Shown here one piece after another: positions 30,774-36,616 of a DNA stretch of 36,616 bases. The first letter of the stretch is position 1; each line of letters starts with the position of its first letter. The stretch lies in the NCBI GenBank assembly GCA_027366075.1, contig DAHXLI010000028.1, forward strand, positions 1 to 36,616, in the 5' to 3' direction. Made by a program: the position numbers and the translations under genes. The notes under the pieces were generated by a model. That model searched no databases. It saw nothing but the letters and a program-made list of their open reading frames with translations, and had not been told where the DNA came from. The DNA is from Candidatus Parvarchaeota archaeon. Its GTDB lineage: Archaea > Nanobdellota > Nanobdellia > Parvarchaeales > Parvarchaeaceae.

Positions 30774-32535
30774 GAGCCGAACCATATGCGGCGAGATATA
30801 TCGGCATGAATTTTTCCCAGCCAAAATTCTCGGCAAGTTTTCTCGCGGCGATCCTGTATCGGAATATGTCTTCTTTGCCGGTAAGCGCGAGTCTTAGCAT
30901 GTCTTCTGAGATCTTGGCTACAGCATCCTCTCTTCTTTGACCTATGAGTTTTTCTACAAATACCCCCTTTAATTCCGCCTTCATAAAGTTTATGCAATAT
31001 TCAGAAAAACCGGAATGGTCGGTCGTAAATGACACTGCCATGTGCGCCGCGGCTTCTAAAGGCGTGTAGCCGAACGGCTCATATTTTGAGAGGAAGAAAC
31101 TAGCCGTGGATAAAGTAAGCGCCTCATTATACGTTAAATTTAATAGTTCGTCGCCTACAGTAAGGAATTTAGGGTAGAAAATGACTTTTACCCTATTGTT
31201 GGCTCCATTTTCTAAATCGTTTTGCTTTAACTTGGTTATTATGGAATCATTGTCCTCGGGATAAGACAGGATCAATGGGCAGGCAGGGGGATTAGTAGGT
31301 TTTGGCCGCCTCAACTGTGAGACCTGCCGCCTGGCGTCATTTAATATCTTGCTATAAGCTTTGTCGAGGTTTGAGGCCAGGATGTTAGGGTCCGAGGACA
31401 CAAGCTGGTCAAAATTTTTAAGGTCTTCATCAAGCGATGATTTTATGCTGAGATAAGTCAGATAGTTCGCCACTATCTCATTCTTGACTCCCATAGTCCC
31501 CGTTGGCACAGCGATCAAGGCTATCACATAATTGTCATCGCCCAGCATCTTGTCTAATTTTCCCAGCGCGTCTATGAATAAGTCAAAGCCTTTGTCATAA
31601 AATTCGTATCGCCCGCCAGTAAAGAATACCGGCACGTCCTTACCATTGAAATCATAATAAGGGAGAAAATAAGAATTAAGAAAGCCGTTAAACTTCGTCT
31701 TTGCATTCAAGCGCATGTCATCAAGTTCGTCTTCATCTGGCAAGTTTATCAGGTCGATGCCGTTAGGCACGACGAAGTCAGCCTTCTTCCCAAGAACTAC
31801 TTCCGCCTCTTTTTTGACGATTTCGCTGACAACAGTAAATACCGTTGCGTTGGTCGCCCCGGCTTTTTCCGTAAAATGTTTTGCCGCGACTCCATATTTG
31901 TACGGCATAGAACTGTCAATCGCGAGATTGCCGTTAATCAATGTAAAAATGTCCCCTCCGGAATAAGAATAGGCTCGCCCAATCACCGTAGCGTGTATCG
32001 TAAAATTGGACGGCACGGCTGCGTTTTTCGATTTTAGATAAAGGACTGCGCCCGCAGAAAGCCATTCGTGTGCCTGGACTACTGTCTTCATGTTTATGTG
32101 CTTGCTCAATGCTTCTATGAATGCGCCGGCAGCGTAAGACCAGGCAAGTGGCTCATTGTAGTCGGACGGCGAATCCAAGGAATCTATGGCAAAAAGCCTC
32201 CAGAATTCGCCTTTTATCTCATTAACGTGCATCTCTTCGAACCCCTTTGCATCTATTAGAACGATATTTGCGTCATTTGCAGAGACCCATTTACCGAAGT
32301 AAATCTTTACGCCGTCCAATTTGAAATCGAGTATCGCGTCCTTTACGTACTGTGGCGGCGGAGACTCCATAAATTCAACCGCGGCCTGGCTCGGATTGTA
32401 AAAACCTATTGCAAGATAATTATCGCCAAAAGCTTCTTTTACGTAAGCGGATTTTGAAGTCAGTACAGTCCAGATTCCCCCGACCTTGTTCCCCGCTTCA
32501 AATGAAACTTCCGCTAGAAAGTAGTCCTGGGTCAT
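30760..32535 (-). CDS. glycogen synthase, GT3 (eukaryote-like) type
   Basis: The N-terminal FLAEVSFEAGNKVGGIWTVLTSKSAYV matches the E-x-(A/G)-NKVGGI-x-TV signature of GT3 glycogen synthases. 591 aa. Confidence 0.8.
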   Translation of the reverse strand: MTQDYFLAEVSFEAGNKVGGIWTVLTSKSAYVKEAFGDNYLAIGFYNPSQAAVEFMESPPPQYVKDAILDFKLDGVKIYFGKWVSANDANIVLIDAKGFEEMHVNEIKGEFWRLFAIDSLDSPSDYNEPLAWSYAAGAFIEALSKHINMKTVVQAHEWLSAGAVLYLKSKNAAVPSNFTIHATVIGRAYSYSGGDIFTLINGNLAIDSSMPYKYGVAAKHFTEKAGATNATVFTVVSEIVKKEAEVVLGKKADFVVPNGIDLINLPDEDELDDMRLNAKTKFNGFLNSYFLPYYDFNGKDVPVFFTGGRYEFYDKGFDLFIDALGKLDKMLGDDNYVIALIAVPTGTMGVKNEIVANYLTYLSIKSSLDEDLKNFDQLVSSDPNILASNLDKAYSKILNDARRQVSQLRRPKPTNPPACPLILSYPEDNDSIITKLKQNDLENGANNRVKVIFYPKFLTVGDELLNLTYNEALTLSTASFFLSKYEPFGYTPLEAAAHMAVSFTTDHSGFSEYCINFMKAELKGVFVEKLIGQRREDAVAKISEDMLRLALTGKEDIFRYRIAARKLAENFGWEKFMPIYLAAYGSALKKL

Positions 32536-32618
32536 CCAATGAGTAGCATATCCACGTATAAAAATTTAACCAAGTTTTTAGATAAAAGGATTTATTTAGG
32601 AAATTAGCATATACCTCT

Positions 32619-33539
32619 ATGGTCGAAAAGGTCATAATAATAGGTTCCGGCCCGTCTGGATATACAGCTGCGATATACGCCGTGAGAGACGGCCTTGCCC
32701 CGCTTCTTATACGCGGTTCACTGCCCGGCGGACAACTCATGCTTACTTCCGCCGTAGAAAATTATCCTGGATTTACTTCTATACTTGGGCCGGATCTTAT
32801 GGACGACTTTTACAAGCATGCAAACAATTTGGGGTGCAGGATATTGGACGAAGACGTAACAGAAGTAAACTTGCGCACTTATCCGTACAAAATACTCGCT
32901 GGAAAAAATGAATATAAAACTTATTCGATAATAATCGCGTCCGGCGCAAATGCGAAGTGGCTAGGCCTAGCGAACGAAACTAGGTTGTTAGGCAAGGGGA
33001 TTTCTGGATGTGCGGTATGCGATGGTGTGTTTTTCAAAAATAAGGACGTTATCGTCGTTGGAGGGGGAGACAGCGCCATGGAGGACGCAAGCTACCTTTC
33101 GAGACTAGTGAAAAGCGTTACCATAATCCATCGCAGGAAAACTTTCAGGGCAAGCAAAATAATGCAGGACAGAGTGTTATCCAATCCTAAAATAAAGATA
33201 ATCTGGGAAAGCGAAATCGTCGACATAATGGGAAAGGACCGAATATCTGGGGTAAAAATAAAAAACTTGGTAACGAATAACGAAAAAGATATGCCAATAG
33301 ATGGACTTTTTATAGCGATAGGGCATTCACCGAATACAGAACTTTTTAAAGGACAGTTGGATATGGACAAACAAGGCTATATAAAAACTCATGATTTTAC
33401 TAGCACCAGTAAGGAGGGAGTATTCGCTGCGGGTGACGTACAAGACACGATATACAAGCAGGCAGTTATCGCTGCGGGTTGGGGCTCTATGGCTGCAATA
33501 GACGCTAGAAAATTCTTAGCAGATAAAAAATTAATTTGA
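32619..33539 (+). CDS. trxB: thioredoxin reductase
   Basis: VIIIGSGPSGYTAAIYA (FAD site), the CAVCDG redox centre, VVGGGDSAMEDA (NADPH site) and GVFAAGDV. Confidence 0.95.
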   Translation: MVEKVIIIGSGPSGYTAAIYAVRDGLAPLLIRGSLPGGQLMLTSAVENYPGFTSILGPDLMDDFYKHANNLGCRILDEDVTEVNLRTYPYKILAGKNEYKTYSIIIASGANAKWLGLANETRLLGKGISGCAVCDGVFFKNKDVIVVGGGDSAMEDASYLSRLVKSVTIIHRRKTFRASKIMQDRVLSNPKIKIIWESEIVDIMGKDRISGVKIKNLVTNNEKDMPIDGLFIAIGHSPNTELFKGQLDMDKQGYIKTHDFTSTSKEGVFAAGDVQDTIYKQAVIAAGWGSMAAIDARKFLADKKLI

Positions 33540-34520
33540 TGAGGTAATAGATTTTCTGAATTCTTCGGCATAGTCTTCCGGTAGGATAATGTTCACAAAT
33601 ACGTTTTCGCCTAGTTCTATCCCGCCAAGCGTAGAAAGGCGGGGGTATATCTCTAAGTGCATGTGGAAGTCTGGATAATCCTTTATTTCGTGAATAACGA
33701 AATTATAAGCCTGGTTCCCATATATTTTTCTGTTTGTGAGCAGAACTGATCTTAGCGCGGAAACGAAATCCGTCTTCTCCGTGTCAGAAAGGTCGCCGAT
33801 GTAGTTAACGTGTCTCTTCGGTACAATCATAGACTCCGCTGCGGTGCGCGAACCAAAGGGCGCTACGGCAAAGAAACTATCGTTGTCCAGAAGAAGTCGT
33901 CCTCTTTCGGTTTCATATATCTTTTCATATAAGCAATCCCCATGGTTCTCCTTATAGTGCCTTGAAACGTCTGATTCTCTCTTTATAAGTCCGATTAGTA
34001 GCGGCCAAGCCATTATCTGGGTATGTGGATGCGCCAGACTAGCGCCCCCAACAGCGCCGTAATTCTTGAAAACCAGCACAGATTTTATGTAGCGTCTTTC
34101 ATAAAGGACTTCTTCTCGGTCTATAAGTGCATCGAGCCAGTCTTTTAATTTCTCCAAAGGCATGGCTTCAAAAATGTCTGTGTGTATCTGGCTGTCTATC
34201 AAGACTTCATTATACCCGTATCCTCCGACGCTTTTTAGAAGACCGTCTTTATCAGTCGTCTCACCAAACGGAGTGTTACCAGAAAGTTCTGGGTATTTGT
34301 TCTCTATAACTTTTACCTGCCATGGGTTCCCGTATCTTGCTATCTCGGAGGCCATAGAATCATTCGCAGGTTCAAATGGGCATTGAGATATACCAAATTG
34401 TCCTGTGCTCTCCTCCCGGATTTCTTCGGGCCTATTATGGCGCTTTGGGACCATTATAGAATAAAAGCCGCTTCGATAGTCTTCTCTTATTTCGCTCCCG
34501 AAAATATTTGCATCTTCCAT
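33531..34520 (-). CDS. galT: galactose-1-phosphate uridylyltransferase-type nucleotidyl transferase (GalT family, active-site motif present)
   Basis: GASLAHPHTQIMAWP carries the H-P-H-x-Q motif, followed by FFAVAPFGSRTAAESMIVPKRH. The N-terminal CPFC zinc motif is reduced to CPFE. Confidence 0.8.
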   Translation of the reverse strand: MEDANIFGSEIREDYRSGFYSIMVPKRHNRPEEIREESTGQFGISQCPFEPANDSMASEIARYGNPWQVKVIENKYPELSGNTPFGETTDKDGLLKSVGGYGYNEVLIDSQIHTDIFEAMPLEKLKDWLDALIDREEVLYERRYIKSVLVFKNYGAVGGASLAHPHTQIMAWPLLIGLIKRESDVSRHYKENHGDCLYEKIYETERGRLLLDNDSFFAVAPFGSRTAAESMIVPKRHVNYIGDLSDTEKTDFVSALRSVLLTNRKIYGNQAYNFVIHEIKDYPDFHMHLEIYPRLSTLGGIELGENVFVNIILPEDYAEEFRKSITSSN

Positions 34521-34708
34521 TAAAAATAGGTTATAAACGGATATATTCCTTTATAGGTGCCAATCAAATAAAGACCTTTCCCGCGCCAAAAAACTAGAAA
34601 ACGCGGTTTAAATTTATGTGGAGAAGCCTTTAGAAAACTTTAAATATTAAACTAATCTCTATAAATTGCATAAAGCAAGCAAATAATGAAATCTTAAAAG
34701 GGATTTTT

Positions 34709-34713
34709 GGAGG
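34709..34713 (+). promoter_or_regulatory. Shine-Dalgarno-like GGAGG upstream of the thermosome gene
   Basis: ggagg lies 6 nt upstream of ATG 34720. TATA-like strings lie at 34639-34648 and 34658-34667. Confidence 0.4.
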
Positions 34714-34719
34714 AAACAT

Positions 34720-36364
34720 ATGGCAGACGGAATACAACCAATTTTTATTTTACCGGAGGGATACACGCGTACTAGCGGTAAAGATGCACAGAGAAATAAC
34801 ATCGCCGCGGCAAAAGCTATAGCGAATACGGTAAAATCCACCCTTGGCCCAAGAGGGATGGACAAGATGCTCGTAGACAACATCGGGGACATAACGATTA
34901 CAAACGACGGCGTAACCGTGCTTAAGAACATGGAAGTCGAGAACCCAGTAGCAAAAATGATAGTCGAAGTTGCAAAAACCCAAGAGGAAGAGGTTGGCGA
35001 CGGTACTACTACCGCAGTCATAATAGCGGGAGAACTGCTTAAAAGTGCGGAAACGCTTCTCGACCAAAGCATACATCCTACTCTGATAGCCCGCGGCTAT
35101 AAGCTTGCGGCAAATGAGGCACAAAACGCGTTGGATAAGATGAGTATAAAACTCGATATAAACAATAAGGAAGACCTGATAAAAGTCGTAAAGACCGCTA
35201 CCATAGGTAAGAGTACAGGCGCAGACGAGCACATAGTGAACCTCATCGTTGACGCGATAAAGCACGTTAAGTCCGTAACCGGGGGAACAGCGGGTGTAGA
35301 TTTAGATGACATAAAGATAGAAAAGAAAGTGGGCGGGGGGCTGGAAGACTCTGAGCTTGTGAAAGGGGTTATAATCGACAAGGAAAAAGTCCATCCCGAT
35401 ATGCCAGACATCGTTAAAGACGCAAAAATAGCCCTAGTTAATATGGCATTGGAAATAGAGAAAACAAACGTAGACGCCCAGATAAGGATAGAGAAACCAG
35501 AACAGCTTGGCGCGTTCCTCGATGAAGAGGAAAGGATGCTAAAGGAGATGGTAAAAAAGGTAAAAGAATCGGGCGCAAACGTATTAGTATGCCAAAAAGG
35601 CATCGACGATACTGCGCAGCATTTCCTGGCAAAGTCAGGTATACTAGCTTTTAGAAGAGTATCAGAAAATGACATTAAGAAAATCGGAAAAGCGACAGGT
35701 GCAAAGACAGTTTCTTCTCTAGATGAATTAGAGAAAGAGAGCCTAGGCTCGGCAGGCCTGGTTAAGATAGAGAAACTTGCAGGCGAGACGCTCGCGTTCA
35801 TAGAAGAATGCAAAAAATCCAAAAGCAGTAACCATCCTGATAAGGGGCGGTACGGAACACGTTATTGACGAGGTCCAAAGGGCGATTGAAGATAGCCTTG
35901 GAGACCTTCGGGCGGTCATAGAAGACGGCGGCGCGATAGTCGCAGGCGGAGGTTCCTGCGAAATGGAAGTTTCAAGACATTTAAGAGAGTTCGGCAAGAA
36001 GCTAGAAGGAAGGGAGCAACTCGCAGTAAACGCATTTGCAGACTCGCTGGAGATAGTCGTAAAGACCTTGGCAGAAAATGCCGGACTGGACCCTATAGAC
36101 ATATTAGTCGACATAAGAGCTGCCCATCAAAAAGGCAGAGTATGGGCAGGCGTCAATCTATCAGATGTGTACAAGCCAGCAGTATCCGACATGGACAAAG
36201 AGGGTGTCATAGAGCCCCTTAGGACAAAGAAACAGGCAATAAAAAGCGCCAGCGAAGTCGCCGTGATGATATTAAGAATAGACGACATAATAGCCGCGGG
36301 CAAATCGGCAAATCAGCCGCCTCAAATGCCTGGCGGGATGGGCGGGCCAGGCGGTTACGAGTAA
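34720..36364 (+). CDS. ths: thermosome subunit (group II chaperonin), reading frame broken by one extra A in the run 35812-35817
   Basis: [48 protein letters not shown]. Homology continues in the +1 frame as [39 protein letters not shown].. through to the C-terminal GGMGG tail. Confidence 0.9.
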
Positions 36365-36367
36365 AAC

Positions 36368-36534
36368 ATGTCAGAAAATAGCCGGCCATTAGATTTATTA
36401 AATACAGCGAAAGGCAAAACTGTTCTCGTAGAGTTGAAAAATAGCCACGCGATAACCGGGAAACTAGTTGCATTTGACGTTCATATAAACGTAACACTTG
36501 AGAACGCCGAAGAAAAGAAGGACGGTGAAACTAT
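36368..36534 (+). CDS. Sm-like (LSm/SmAP) protein, N-terminal about 55 codons only; the 3' part is replaced by duplicated sequence
   Basis: RPLDLLNTAKGKTVLVELKNSHAITGKLVAFDVHINVTLENAEE..DGE is the Sm1 motif. The expected Sm2 motif (..IRG..) is absent because the sequence switches to a galT copy at 36535. Confidence 0.75.
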
Positions 36535-36591
36535 GAGAACAAATACCCAGAACTTTCTGGTAACACTCCGTTTGGTGAGACGACTGATAAA
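36535..36591 (+). repeat. 57-bp perfect inverted copy of 34248..34304 (interior of the galT CDS)
   Basis: Base-by-base comparison: gagaacaaatacccagaactttctggtaacactccgtttggtgagacgactgataaa equals the reverse complement of 34248-34304. Confidence 0.9.
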
Positions 36592-36616
36592 TCTAATGGC
36601 CGGCTATTTTCTGACA
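36587..36616 (+). repeat. 30-bp perfect inverted copy of 36369..36398 (start of the Sm gene); runs to the window edge
   Basis: ataaatctaatggccggctattttctgaca equals the reverse complement of tgtcagaaaatagccggccattagatttat. It shares a 5-nt junction overlap (ataaa) with the galT copy. Confidence 0.9.

Noticed and set aside
34659-36114. Long minus-strand ORFs (34659..35072, 34750..35265, 35097..35822, 35743..36114) that overlap the thermosome gene.
   Set aside because: They are antisense shadows of a strongly conserved plus-strand gene. Their translations are low-complexity (Ser/Phe/Ala/Leu-rich) with no recognisable motifs.
36219-36497. A 92-aa minus-strand ORF that spans the thermosome 3' end and the Sm gene start.
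   Set aside because: It is antisense to two genes with strong family signatures, and its translation is Arg/Leu-rich.
36535-36591. The 57-bp galT copy, considered as a functional antisense or regulatory element or as a mobile-element end.
   Set aside because: It is an internal coding fragment with no features of an IS end. It is joined by microhomology to another inverted fragment at the very end of the sequence, so an artefact or a one-off template switch is the simpler reading.
1-36616. A search for CRISPR arrays, rRNA genes, long tandem repeats and C/D-box sRNAs in intergenic regions.
   Set aside because: I found no regularly spaced direct repeats, no rRNA-like sequence, and no intergenic RUGAUGA..CUGA pairs by eye. 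Intergenic space is very limited. A computational scan would be needed to exclude small ncRNAs.

Overview
This is an archaeal chromosomal segment, roughly 40-45% GC by eye, with very tight gene packing and several convergent genes whose 3' ends overlap. The housekeeping genes are clear: aIF5B (3' part), TFB, Trm1, L35Ae, a short L15e, a GINS51-like protein, a Hef-type helicase, a MinD-type ATPase, SecF-SecD, thioredoxin reductase, a thermosome subunit, an Sm-like protein, tRNA-Thr(CGU) and tRNA-Glu(UUC). There is also a glycogen module (GH57 enzyme, GT3-type glycogen synthase, GalT).

The unusual content is cell-surface related:
- At least ten ORFs carry class III (type IV pilin-like) signal-peptide motifs. 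Four are canonical [KR][GA]-Q-x3-E pilins. Five belong to a family of 47-62 aa mini-proteins, three of them missing from the ORF track and one listed only with an extended start.
- A translationally coupled operon encodes cysteine-rich, sequon-dense, N-terminally anchored proteins that I cannot assign to any characterised family.
- An orphan 571-aa protein is coupled to four overlapping mini-protein genes.
- The secF-secD operon continues into a catalytically degenerate GalT-like protein, another exported Cys-containing protein and a membrane-anchored CxxC thioredoxin-fold protein.

Other observations are a degraded IS remnant, a low-GC islet beside tRNA-Glu carrying a DUF4145/HEPN-like gene, and apparent frameshifts in two conserved genes (thermosome, Hef). 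The last 82 bp are a mosaic of perfect inverted duplications that truncates the Sm gene, most likely a contig-end or chimera artefact.

I saw no rRNA and no CRISPR array. The lineage cannot be fixed from sequence alone. The compactness and shortened proteins suggest a small-genome (DPANN-like) archaeon, but that is inference only.
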